This document shows, piece by piece, positions 46,130-55,374 of a DNA stretch of 64,000 bases (within the stretch, counting starts at the first letter, position 1; each line of letters starts with the position of its first letter). The translations under genes and the position numbers were made by a program. The notes under the pieces are model-generated. The model ran no database searches and was not told the DNA's origin. It saw only the letters and a program-made list of their open reading frames with translations. Location: the IMG/VR virus record IMGVR_UViG_3300017786_003484, positions 180,433-244,432 of that record; one strand, 5' to 3'.

Positions 46130-47458
46130 ATGACGTATTTAATGAAACAAATTCCTCAGACAGCCGAGGAAGCACAAAAGAAATGGATATTCCCTAAATT
46201 ACACTGGTACACTCCAATCGTTAGGAACGAATTTGTTCCTATATGTCAAGGTAGACCTTTTGATCGTACAGAAACAGTTGACTTAGGTTGGAAACAAAAA
46301 ATATTATCTCCTATCCCAGAGTTTGAATATACATCAAAGAGCTTTACAGAAGTTTGTGCCGATAGAGCCGTTGAGATTGCTAATATGGCCAAAGAGCAGG
46401 GAAAGAAAGTTATTGTTACATGCTCCGGCGGAATGGATAGCACTTCTGTTATAGCGGCCTTTTTGATGTATACAGACATTGATATTGAATTAACATACTC
46501 TGAATCAGCAATTCTTGAATGGCCAGAGTTCCATACCTATTGTACTAGCCAGCCTAGGATTACTAGACTAATTGATTTTACATACATGCCTTTTTTAATG
46601 GAAAAATTAATTGAGGCAGGCAACTATATTATTGTAGGAGGAGATCCAGGAGACTTGATATTTGGCTCTAAGATGTATAGAGAAGATCAAAAAATATGGC
46701 AACCAGATGGATCTGAAATAGTATACAATATGGATCACTGGGCACCTGTTTGGGAAGGAGTTCCTTCTCATCATAGAGACTTCTTACAACCTATAGTAGA
46801 TGCATGTCCAGTAGACTTAGAAAACAATTATGATTTAACTTGGTGGCTTGGATTTTGTATGAAGTTTCAACTTACAGAAACTAGATTATGGATGTGTAGT
46901 AGAAAGATGGCTCCGGTTATTAACTTCTTTTCCTCAGCCGGATGTCAGCAATGGTCTATGTCAAATAGCTATGCTGTGAAATGTCCTAATAATAATTGGG
47001 ACGACTTAAAACACGAAGCAAAGAAACATTTACATCTATGGTTCCCAGATGATAGTGTTTGGCAACAAGTAAAAAGAGATAGCCTTGGCGGTGTATGGAC
47101 TGAACCACTTAATAGAGTGTTCTATGCATGGATAAGAGATTTACATGAAGCTAAGATAGATGCTATCGATTCCTATCTAGTTAATAACATTCCTGAACTA
47201 AGAGAAAAGAATTACTCATTTAAACAAGATAGATTAGATATACTTGATGGATATGATCATGGTAGAAAAATGCTTGGTATTGGTCCTACTCCTGATCCAG
47301 ATTTTGATGTACCTGAAGGAGCAGATACAACCAAACGCATTAGAGGACAGATGTATCCGGTATCTACTATTGATGAGGACTTTAATTTTGTTAACTGGCC
47401 TAGACATAAGATTGCTACTCGTGTTTGGCAAAAACATGAACTCAATGAGTTTGCATAA
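46130..47458 (+). CDS. asparagine-synthetase-like PP-loop protein (paralog of 16532)
   Basis: CSGGMDST, GGDPGDLIFG, DLTWW, FF. Confidence 0.75.
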   Translation: MTYLMKQIPQTAEEAQKKWIFPKLHWYTPIVRNEFVPICQGRPFDRTETVDLGWKQKILSPIPEFEYTSKSFTEVCADRAVEIANMAKEQGKKVIVTCSGGMDSTSVIAAFLMYTDIDIELTYSESAILEWPEFHTYCTSQPRITRLIDFTYMPFLMEKLIEAGNYIIVGGDPGDLIFGSKMYREDQKIWQPDGSEIVYNMDHWAPVWEGVPSHHRDFLQPIVDACPVDLENNYDLTWWLGFCMKFQLTETRLWMCSRKMAPVINFFSSAGCQQWSMSNSYAVKCPNNNWDDLKHEAKKHLHLWFPDDSVWQQVKRDSLGGVWTEPLNRVFYAWIRDLHEAKIDAIDSYLVNNIPELREKNYSFKQDRLDILDGYDHGRKMLGIGPTPDPDFDVPEGADTTKRIRGQMYPVSTIDEDFNFVNWPRHKIATRVWQKHELNEFA

Positions 47459-47554
47459 TTAAGAGCATACATTTTCATACGTCTGTCATAAATTAAAGTG
47501 AACAGGTAAATGATTATTTGATTCACTAACAACATTTAAGAAAAAGAAAAGTCA

Positions 47555-47995
47555 ATGGACTGTCAGCGAGAATTATTATCTGACTTAGGTTACCAACCTC
47601 GTCAAGGTTGGAACGATTTCATACAAAAAGAATTTGAATTATGGTGGAAGTTTACAGGAGAAGAAACTCGTTTCGTCTTCAGAGCAGAACCTAAACATCA
47701 AAACTCAGCAGGAGTTCTACATGGCGGTGTACTAGCCGCTTACTTAGATCATTGCATGGGCGGAGCCTGCTATAATATTAGTAAAGGTAAGACTGGTTAT
47801 ACTTTACAGTTCTCAATTCAATATCTAAGAATATGCAAAACAAACCGATGGATATTTACTCATGTAACAAGACAAGGTGGCACTGGTGCTCATCTTCAAT
47901 TGAAAGCAACTGCTAGAGTAAATTCGGAAGAAGGAAATCTAATTGCAGAGGCCCAAGGTACATTTATGATTTCAAAGAATGATGCTAAAAAATAA
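47555..47995 (+). CDS. PaaI-family hotdog thioesterase
   Basis: HQNSAGVLHGG..AAYLD, YL, AEAQGTF. Confidence 0.88.
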   Translation: MDCQRELLSDLGYQPRQGWNDFIQKEFELWWKFTGEETRFVFRAEPKHQNSAGVLHGGVLAAYLDHCMGGACYNISKGKTGYTLQFSIQYLRICKTNRWIFTHVTRQGGTGAHLQLKATARVNSEEGNLIAEAQGTFMISKNDAKK

Positions 47996-48006
47996 AGGGC
48001 AAGGAT

Positions 48007-48180
48007 ATGGAAAGTATTTTAATTTGGGTAGGAATTGCTGTAGTAACAGCAAGTATATTAGGCATTATAATAAGGCAGGCATTTATGCAAATAGATAAAG
48101 ATTTAGAATGGTTAGACTATAGTAACTTATGGTGTCCTCTAGATACTCCTGACTCGTCAAAGAAAAAGGGTAGAAATTAA
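48007..48180 (+). CDS. 57 aa single-TM peptide (not in ORF track)
   Basis: MESILIWVGIAVVTASILGIII... Confidence 0.5.
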   Translation: MESILIWVGIAVVTASILGIIIRQAFMQIDKDLEWLDYSNLWCPLDTPDSSKKKGRN

Positions 48181-48192
48181 TCTACCCTTTTT
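48163..48192. terminator. bidirectional intrinsic terminator
   Basis: AAAAAGGGTAGA-AATTAA-TCTACCCTTTTT between convergent genes. Confidence 0.85.
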
Positions 48193-48204
48193 AATAAGTT
48201 AAAA

Positions 48205-48585
48205 TTAATCTGCGGCAGTTAATTTTTCCATATCTTTGTCTTCAACTTCAAATGTTTCAAACTTGTCGTTAACAATCATCTGTTGACCAGATATTTTTGA
48301 GCCTGCATTTCTAAAATTAAGAATAACTGGATCTGATTCAAATTCATCATAATCTGCTTTTGAATAGAATGTCATTGATGTTCTAATTTTTTTGATTGCT
48401 CCTGTTTCATCAACTTCAGAATCATTGTTAAAGCCAATAATTCTTTTAGTTTCTATGTATTTGCTGAAAACATAATCTTTATATTCTTGGTTGTCTTTGA
48501 GATGCATTGCACCGTCAAAACCGCCTGAAATTTTGCCACCTTTTGGGTCTGCAACTTCTCTTTCAATTCTAAAACGTTCTTCCAT
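48205..48585 (-). CDS. small protein, divergent RxAYNxE-family-like member
   Basis: YIETK.I..T.M.F.SKADYDEF.SDP resembles 15441; own TAAGTA promoter and TAAGGAG SD. Confidence 0.65.
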   Translation of the reverse strand: MEERFRIEREVADPKGGKISGGFDGAMHLKDNQEYKDYVFSKYIETKRIIGFNNDSEVDETGAIKKIRTSMTFYSKADYDEFESDPVILNFRNAGSKISGQQMIVNDKFETFEVEDKDMEKLTAAD

Positions 48586-48852
48586 TTAATAAGTCTCCTT
48601 AAGTAACTAATTTCTTAATACAGAAAATACCGGCCGGTATTACTATTTTAAGATTATTAAATATATTAGGGTTGGATATCCCTTACTTGCAAGTGTACGA
48701 CATCATTGCCGTTAACCCTAGTAACATATACTTATCCTAAACTGTAAAATATAATGTAAAATGGCTCAGTCATGCTAAAACAGCAATTCAGCCTTTACAC
48801 TTCGTACGGCTCAAAAGGGCTATCTATTTAATTGATTGTCATATATACAACT

Positions 48853-49030
48853 GTTAAAGACAAAGCGACCTCAGCTTTTAAAAAATGAGTGGCACCAGGA
48901 AAGACTGGAGCTCATCAAGGCTTTACAAAGTGATTGACGCCATGCAAAGACATGGGGTATTGCTATTCCTCAAGCATATAAATTAAGTCGTAGGTATTTT
49001 AGCAGACCGATTGCTCTGACTAATCCTATG
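48853..49030 (+). ncRNA. candidate structured RNA / 5' leader
   Basis: ORF-free; twin hairpins CCAG-GAAAGA-CTGG and CCATG-CAAAGA-CATGG plus further stems. Confidence 0.5.
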
Positions 49031-49052
49031 AACAGGAAGACGAGATAATTTT

Positions 49053-49232
49053 ATGTTACAAACATTATTTAAAACCTTGCATGAGAATATTTTTACAAAC
49101 AAAAATCACTCTATGCAAGGACAGGAAGAACTAATAAAATACTGCCGTGCAGAATACGGTAAAGAATGGAGATTTGCTTATGCTGAAATTTCCGATCATC
49201 AGAACAAAGACATAGGGAGAGTAATTAAATGA
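49053..49232 (+). CDS. 59 aa protein (not in ORF track)
   Basis: ..ELIKYCRAEYGKEWRFAY..; ATGA overlap with next gene. Confidence 0.65.
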   Translation: MLQTLFKTLHENIFTNKNHSMQGQEELIKYCRAEYGKEWRFAYAEISDHQNKDIGRVIK

Positions 49233-49447
49233 GTACAATGATTATGAAAAGTACTAACTTTGCATGTGATATATGTGAAAAGACTTGGAAAATAGTTAGG
49301 ATTGTTTACAGATCAGTAGCAGATGTAACAGTCAGCATGGGTTATGCAAGAGCTGCCAGTGTATTAGCACAACAAGGTTTGCACGACGAAGCAAAATATC
49401 TTATGTTAGGTGCAAAATATCATAGAGAAAACGCAAAGGAAGAATAG
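49229..49447 (+). CDS. small hypothetical protein
   Basis: GGGAG SD; GYARAAS.LA.QG...EAK.LM. Confidence 0.7.
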   Translation: MSTMIMKSTNFACDICEKTWKIVRIVYRSVADVTVSMGYARAASVLAQQGLHDEAKYLMLGAKYHRENAKEE

Positions 49448-49561
49448 ATGTTGAATATGTTTAAAAGATTTATTACAAGAGCTGTAGAAGCAAAACAAAA
49501 ATCAGTTAATAGAGAAATTGAGAAGTTTTACCTAGACAAAAGGCACAGGTACATCAAATAA
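49448..49561 (+). CDS. 37 aa basic peptide (not in ORF track)
   Basis: MLNMFKRFITRAVEAKQKSVNREIEKFYLDKRHRYIK; AAGGA SD. Confidence 0.55.
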   Translation: MLNMFKRFITRAVEAKQKSVNREIEKFYLDKRHRYIK

Positions 49562-49577
49562 TTAACTAAATAAGAGT

Positions 49578-51215
49578 ATGAAGATTACTGAACTTGATAC
49601 TCTAAAAGAAGCCGGTGGTTATGTTGCCCGAAATGCAAAAGAGGCCGCTGATCCAAGATTCTCAATGAGTATTGGAGGCGATGTAACCACCCATACTATG
49701 CGAGATATGATAGCAGACTTCTATCCTGTTAAGCCTCAAAAGGGTGATAAACAATCAGTCGTTAAAGAATCTAAAGTAGAGATGTGCTCAGACGCCTGTT
49801 GCGGACAACCTGTAACAGAATGTACTTGCGGTTCAGACTGCAAACATTGTGATTGTTATGAAAAAAACAACAAAGTAAATGCGAATCGTAACTACGGTAT
49901 GAGAAAAGCATCTGGACAAGGAGATAACCCAATGGTAGCAGAAAAAAGACCTGATCATGAAGTTGAAATGGCAAAAGCAGACGTACACAAACTTGCTGAA
50001 TATTCAGCTAAATTATCTAACTTGATTGATAATGTCAGCGAAGAAGAGGGTTTGCCTGGATGGATTCAAAAGAAAATTACATTAGCATCAGATTATATTG
50101 GTAGTGTTTATCATAAGTTAGATCATGAGATGGGTTCACCAATAACAGAATCAGACAAGCCTGGTTTTGATATGATTAATAAAATATTTGATAGCTTAAC
50201 TGATGAGGAAAAGGTTGATATACAGAGACAATTAACTGTAAAGGTTAGAGGCATTAGTGTTCCTCCAATTAATCCTGGACCATTTAAATTCAAACAAAGA
50301 AATCCTAATGATAAAGATATTGCTGACATGCCTTTATCACAATTACAGAACTTGTATAGTGATGTTAACGAAGGCGATAATAAAATGGGTCCTCAAGACA
50401 TTACACCAGGTGATCGTGTAGAATTTGAAGGTGAAAAGTTTGAAGTAGTGGATGTTGAACTTGATACGATTGTTGCTGATAATTTAGAAACAGGACTTAG
50501 GAATAGGCTTAAGACGGATAAAGTAACTAGAATATTTGGTGCGGATGCACAAACAGACCAAGATAAACAAGACATGGGAGATATGTTTAAGCGACTTGAT
50601 AAAGCAGGGTCTGGTTCATTAAAACATGTTGCAACAGAAGGCGACGGACGTAAGAAAGGTATCCACGGTAAAGGACACCCTATGAGAAAGAAACAACAGG
50701 CCGCAATACATGCAGGCGAATCAGCAAAAAAGCCTTTAAGTCGTTTCGCTACTGAAATTGGAATTCAAGAAATAGATTGCTGGGACGGTTACAAAAAAGA
50801 TGGAACTAAACCCGGCACAGGTAAGAATAAAGGAAAACGTGTTAATAATTGCGTTAAAGAAGAAGAAATTACTTTAAGCGAAGAGCAAAACTTTCATGAA
50901 GAGTTTGGCTACTTAGGATATGCTTTGGAAGAAGGTATGTTTGAAGCTGAATATCAAGGACGTAAAGTAAAACTTAATAAGCCAATGCGTGGTGATGTTA
51001 AGAAGTTTAAAGTATATGTTAAAGATCCAAAAACAGGTAATGTCAAGAAAGTTAACTTTGGTCATGGAGGCACTAGTGCTAAGAAAGCAGGACAAAAGAC
51101 TATGAAGATTAAAAAGTCTAATCCAGCAAGACGCAAGAGTTTTAGAGCTAGACACAACTGTGATAATCCAGGTCCAAAGACAAAAGCACGTTACTGGTCC
51201 TGTAGAGCCTGGTAA
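49578..51215 (+). CDS. modular protein with C-terminal DUF6321-like domain, probable internal head protein
   Basis: EAEYQGRKV.LNKP..KVNFG..RKSFRARH.C...KARYWSC; CW.GY..NCV module; DHEV.MA..W.Q.KIT.A.DY module. Confidence 0.65.
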   Translation: MKITELDTLKEAGGYVARNAKEAADPRFSMSIGGDVTTHTMRDMIADFYPVKPQKGDKQSVVKESKVEMCSDACCGQPVTECTCGSDCKHCDCYEKNNKVNANRNYGMRKASGQGDNPMVAEKRPDHEVEMAKADVHKLAEYSAKLSNLIDNVSEEEGLPGWIQKKITLASDYIGSVYHKLDHEMGSPITESDKPGFDMINKIFDSLTDEEKVDIQRQLTVKVRGISVPPINPGPFKFKQRNPNDKDIADMPLSQLQNLYSDVNEGDNKMGPQDITPGDRVEFEGEKFEVVDVELDTIVADNLETGLRNRLKTDKVTRIFGADAQTDQDKQDMGDMFKRLDKAGSGSLKHVATEGDGRKKGIHGKGHPMRKKQQAAIHAGESAKKPLSRFATEIGIQEIDCWDGYKKDGTKPGTGKNKGKRVNNCVKEEEITLSEEQNFHEEFGYLGYALEEGMFEAEYQGRKVKLNKPMRGDVKKFKVYVKDPKTGNVKKVNFGHGGTSAKKAGQKTMKIKKSNPARRKSFRARHNCDNPGPKTKARYWSCRAW

Positions 51216-51327
51216 CCTACATAAAATACTAATATAATCATTGTTTTGACTAACCAACCCTCTAAATTTGGCTAAATAGTTTGCTTAGGAAATTTACCCT
51301 AAAGCATAACAGAAGGAGATTAATAAT

Positions 51328-51501
51328 ATGGTAAATCCAATTACTTGGATTAAAGATCGCATTATGGAACGTACATCTTGGGATGGAATGGCTCTTATTG
51401 CGGTTGGTATTATTGCTTTAATGTTTGCACCACTTGCAAAGTTCGCCGCTTATGGCGCAATCGCTTACGGTGTGTGGACACTTTGGAAAAAGGAGAAGTA
51501 A
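51328..51501 (+). CDS. 57 aa two-TM membrane protein, holin-like (not in ORF track)
   Basis: WIKDR..ERTSWDG followed by two TMs; TAAATA and GAAGGAG upstream. Confidence 0.75.
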   Translation: MVNPITWIKDRIMERTSWDGMALIAVGIIALMFAPLAKFAAYGAIAYGVWTLWKKEK

Positions 51502-51504
51502 ATT

Positions 51505-51897
51505 ATGACTAACGAGATTTCAAAAACAGAGGTTGTAACTGAAGGACTTTCCAGTGTGAATGTACAGGAGATTGCAGACCTTGACAGAATTAAGAAACTT
51601 GCTGGACTGGCTAATCAAATTGAATTGTCAGCAGGCGTTGTAGTTTCTGAAGAGTCATTGAATCCAGAAACCTCTAGTACTGAAACTCAAGAAGTCACTG
51701 AGGTAAAGAAACCTCTAACTATTGAGGAGCAAATCGCTGAAGTTAAAACTAAGGTAGATGATTTAGAAGCTTCAATTGGACAATGGAACAGTACTGTAAT
51801 GGAAAGCGACGATGCTACAAAAGCAGAAACTGTTAATACATTAGGCCGTTTAGTTTCTAAATTCAGAGACGTCCTCGATCAACCACAAAAAGGTTAA
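51505..51897 (+). CDS. hypothetical protein with LDRIKKLAGL motif
   Basis: AAGGAG SD. Confidence 0.7.
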   Translation: MTNEISKTEVVTEGLSSVNVQEIADLDRIKKLAGLANQIELSAGVVVSEESLNPETSSTETQEVTEVKKPLTIEEQIAEVKTKVDDLEASIGQWNSTVMESDDATKAETVNTLGRLVSKFRDVLDQPQKG

Positions 51898-51905
51898 ATG
51901 AATTA

Positions 51906-51963
51906 TTGACTTATGATTGGGTATTGTGTATAATATAAAAACTATACAACAGTACCCAATCAT
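51906..51963 (+). promoter_or_regulatory. sigma70 promoter embedded in an inverted repeat
   Basis: TTGACT-N17-TATAAT; arms ATGATTGGGTA 51913-51923 and TACCCAATCAT 51953-51963. Confidence 0.65.
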
Positions 51964-52109
51964 TTCTATACATATTAGGAAGAACATTATGAAAGAACAT
52001 TTTATTAACTAGAAAGTACCTATTAATTTAGAATACACACAAAGGAGATAGAAGTTCGGCCGTTTTAATGCTAAGATGCTAGGTCGACATAACGAGGAAA
52101 CTGCGAAAC

Positions 52110-52595
52110 ATGCATGGTATAACAACTATAAATCCAATAACACAGGGAGCATTGAGACTAGGTGCTATTATTGGTATTTTGTTTGTAATGTCTGGATGTG
52201 CCTCTTTCCAAGATAAGATAGATAACTTTTGGCTTGCTAGATGGGATCCAACTGAAGCCCGGTATGTCGCCGCACTAAAGGTCCAAGCACAAGACCTTTT
52301 TTACATTTGCGATACATCTAGATTTACTAAAGAAGAACGTGTAACTGCCATTGGTGAAGTAAATACAGAAGCAAACAGGTTCCTTGCCTATAGCGAAACT
52401 CTACCGGATGACAACCGACCTGTAATAAGAGTCGCAAAGAATATACAAGACTCAAGTAAGGAATTTTATAACAGGGCTTTGAAGCCCAAGATGAGTAAGC
52501 TCTATTGTGAAAACAAGGCATCGTTTATTATAAACATGGCTCACCAGGCACAAAGAGTAATACAAAAGAAACGATTACCTGGACAAACATTTTAG
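52110..52595 (+). CDS. lipoprotein
   Basis: Hydrophobic signal ending VMSGC. Confidence 0.7.
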   Translation: MHGITTINPITQGALRLGAIIGILFVMSGCASFQDKIDNFWLARWDPTEARYVAALKVQAQDLFYICDTSRFTKEERVTAIGEVNTEANRFLAYSETLPDDNRPVIRVAKNIQDSSKEFYNRALKPKMSKLYCENKASFIINMAHQAQRVIQKKRLPGQTF

Positions 52596-52604
52596 GAATA
52601 ACAC

Positions 52605-52853
52605 ATGACTAGAGATGACTTAATTGGTATTATACATGAGATTGCACAAGAAAACCCACAATGGGGAGAAAACATTGCGGCCTTAGTAACAGGGTTTGAA
52701 AATGATGAAATATCATTTGATGAGCTTAAAGAATTAATTACTGATTATAAGAGACAGATAGAAAATGAAGAAGCTATATCAGAAGTAGAGTTAAGAGGAA
52801 AGGTTGAGGTTGCATTAGAGAGTCTAATGATACTAGCATCCGCCGCTCTATAA
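52605..52853 (+). CDS. small acidic helical protein
   Basis: AGGA SD. Confidence 0.65.
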   Translation: MTRDDLIGIIHEIAQENPQWGENIAALVTGFENDEISFDELKELITDYKRQIENEEAISEVELRGKVEVALESLMILASAAL

Positions 52854-53095
52854 TGAAAGTATACGATCTAGACAAAGAGCTAACTAAGTTAAAGACATTG
52901 GCTGGTATTATTGATACATCTGGTCGTAAGGATGATTCAAATCCTCAAAGTAGTCCACTAACTTATGGTGGAACAGAACGAGCTGAGTATATGAGAAAAC
53001 ATAAGATACAGCCAGGCACAGACGAATGGTTTAAGTTATGGTTTGCACGAGAGGCTCTTACTGGTGAAGACAGGTTCCCTAGAAATAAGAAATAA
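52853..53095 (+). CDS. conserved small phage protein
   Basis: LK.LAGI and I.PGT.EWFKLWF motifs. Confidence 0.7.
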   Translation: MKVYDLDKELTKLKTLAGIIDTSGRKDDSNPQSSPLTYGGTERAEYMRKHKIQPGTDEWFKLWFAREALTGEDRFPRNKK

Positions 53096-54596
53096 TTATC
53101 ACGCAATAGTATTAGGTGGTATTCTAAGAGATTACGCAGGCCGACCTTTAGGCCCTTACAGATTAAGAACAGCCTGTAAAAACGAAGGTTTCAATTTAAA
53201 AGTAATAGATTATGCATGGATTATGACAGACTTTCGTTTGTTAAATCTACTTGGCAGGTTAATAACTAATGATACATTAGTATTTGGGATATCTAACGTA
53301 TGGTTATCTAACTCTGCAGAAGTAGCAAACAAAGAAAGTAAAGTAAACAGATGGATGACTCCGCTATTCTGGACTGAAGTAAAACGTAGATGGCCTTGGG
53401 TTGATATTGTTATAGGAGGTACTAAGCCTGCCTTAGTGCAAGGTGCTGAACTGCTAAAGCCGCACACTAAATGGTGGCTTACTGGTTTCTCAGATATATC
53501 TTTCCCTCAATTACTTAGGCATATACAAGACAATAAACAAGAAATTATACACAGGGTTGACTTAGACGGAGTTAAGGTAGTAGAAAGTGATATTCATTAC
53601 AAAGTTGAAAACATGGACGAGCTTGAGACAGAGTATGAACTTGAAGATAACTTTAAACAGTTTCAGCCATTACCATTAGAGGTAAGCAGAGGTTGTATTT
53701 TTAAATGCGCCTTTTGCTCTCATCCTTTCTTAGGAAAGAAAAGTTACGATTACATTAGGTCACCCGAGTCGTTAGCAAATGAATTAAAAAGAAACTACGA
53801 GCTATTTAAAACAACTAGATACTTCTTAACTGATGATACGTTTAACGATAGCATAGAGAAACTGCAAAGACTTGAAAGAGCAATAGAATTAAGCGGAATA
53901 CCTGAGTTTAGTTTTGTTGGTTACTTAAGAGCAGAACTAATTGCAACTAAGCCTGAGATGATCCCTTACCTAAAAAGACTTGGCTGTAAAGGAGGAACTG
54001 TTGGAATTGAAAGCATGAATAACTATGCTAGGAGAGTTATTGGCAAAGGAATGGATATAGAAAGAGTATTAGATGGATTAGCAGACTTAAAAGCAGAAAC
54101 AGGTTTAAAATTGCACACAGGCATGATTGTTGGGTTACCCGGAGATACTGCTGATGATGCTTTTAAATGGCATGAGCGGTTTGCTAACGATAGAATCTTT
54201 AGCGATTGGACATTTCAGCAACTAGGATTAATATTCAATGAAGAAGGTGAAGGACTAAGTTTATTTGAAAAGGATCCAGCTAAGTTTGGATATAGACTTT
54301 CAAATAGGTTTGATGCACAAGGACCTCGAAGCAGGGGTTGGATTAATGATGTAGGTTCAACAGAACACGATTGTAAAAAAGCGGCACAAGAGGTAATGTT
54401 ACTAGCAAGACATACCTGTACTGCTGGTGGATTTGGTGTTGGTGATGCTTGGTATCATGGACTTACTGATGAAGAAATAGAAACTTTAACTATTGACGAA
54501 TTACGGTTAGGAGAACGGGGAATTAAATCAGGTATTATTCGTGCAAAGGAGAGTGAGAACTCTATTTCTGGACTAACTAATAGACAACATCAGTAA
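53064..54596 (+). CDS. B12-binding-domain radical SAM enzyme (paralog of 3589)
   Basis: SRGCIFKCAFC, TDDTFND, GIES, IVGLP; GTG 53064 with GAGG is the likely start. Confidence 0.9.
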   Translation: MKTGSLEIRNNYHAIVLGGILRDYAGRPLGPYRLRTACKNEGFNLKVIDYAWIMTDFRLLNLLGRLITNDTLVFGISNVWLSNSAEVANKESKVNRWMTPLFWTEVKRRWPWVDIVIGGTKPALVQGAELLKPHTKWWLTGFSDISFPQLLRHIQDNKQEIIHRVDLDGVKVVESDIHYKVENMDELETEYELEDNFKQFQPLPLEVSRGCIFKCAFCSHPFLGKKSYDYIRSPESLANELKRNYELFKTTRYFLTDDTFNDSIEKLQRLERAIELSGIPEFSFVGYLRAELIATKPEMIPYLKRLGCKGGTVGIESMNNYARRVIGKGMDIERVLDGLADLKAETGLKLHTGMIVGLPGDTADDAFKWHERFANDRIFSDWTFQQLGLIFNEEGEGLSLFEKDPAKFGYRLSNRFDAQGPRSRGWINDVGSTEHDCKKAAQEVMLLARHTCTAGGFGVGDAWYHGLTDEEIETLTIDELRLGERGIKSGIIRAKESENSISGLTNRQHQ

Positions 54597-54640
54597 CGAT
54601 GTTGCCACTACATAAAATTAGCAGTCGAGAGGGAATCACT

Positions 54641-54925
54641 ATGTCTAAGAAGTATCAGCAATCAGGCGTCGACACCAGTCTTATCTCATCACTAAAATTT
54701 ATAATGGAATCATGGAAGTCTTGTTATCCTATGGATGCCCATACCAAATCTACATTCGAATGGATGACAAATTATATTAAATGTCTAGAAGCAGGTACAC
54801 CTACTAAATCCGTGCCAAATGTTCCACAAGAAGCAGATTTAAAAATAGCCCAAATAAAACAATTTACAGAAAATCACCTAGTCTCAGAACTAGGTGATTC
54901 TATGAAACAAGCCGTGTCGAACTAA
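54641..54925 (+). CDS. hypothetical protein
   Basis: GAGGG SD before ATG 54641. Confidence 0.6.
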   Translation: MSKKYQQSGVDTSLISSLKFIMESWKSCYPMDAHTKSTFEWMTNYIKCLEAGTPTKSVPNVPQEADLKIAQIKQFTENHLVSELGDSMKQAVSN

Positions 54926-54927
54926 GT

Positions 54928-54953
54928 TATAGGGGGTTAACTACCCCTTATAG
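54928..54953 (+). terminator. hairpin, probable terminator
   Basis: TATAGGGG..CCCCTTATA directly after stop; weak T-tail. Confidence 0.45.
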
Positions 54954-55101
54954 CACCTCTCATGCTTCATCTGTACACATATACCTAAACATAACAATAT
55001 GGCACACTTTATGAAAATACACCTGTTTAGGACCAAAAAACAAGCTCTTACGGCACCGCTAGACGCAATAATTTCCACCAAAAAATAAAAGTTAAAAAAA
55101 A

Positions 55102-55132
55102 GGTTGACCTTTGACTGTTTATAGTCTATTAT
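55102..55132 (+). promoter_or_regulatory. sigma70-type early promoter
   Basis: A-tract, GGTTGACC, N17, TATTAT. Confidence 0.8.
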
Positions 55133-55162
55133 AAAAGAATAATTAGGACCAAGGGAGAACAT

Positions 55163-55372
55163 ATGTCTTTATCAAATAATCAATTCGCTCAAAAGTATAT
55201 TGCTCACAAATCAGTTTACAACAAGGACATTATGTCTTTAATACATTCTGAGATCGATCGTCTAGTTGATAAACTATTTAATAGCAAGTTAACAAAAAAA
55301 GAGCAAATTTATCTTAATAAAATTGCCTACAAAGCAAAATTAGTAAAAAATAATCCACAAATTATAAAATAA
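55163..55372 (+). CDS. small early hypothetical protein
   Basis: AAGGGAG SD after promoter. Confidence 0.65.
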   Translation: MSLSNNQFAQKYIAHKSVYNKDIMSLIHSEIDRLVDKLFNSKLTKKEQIYLNKIAYKAKLVKNNPQIIK

Positions 55373-55374
55373 AA

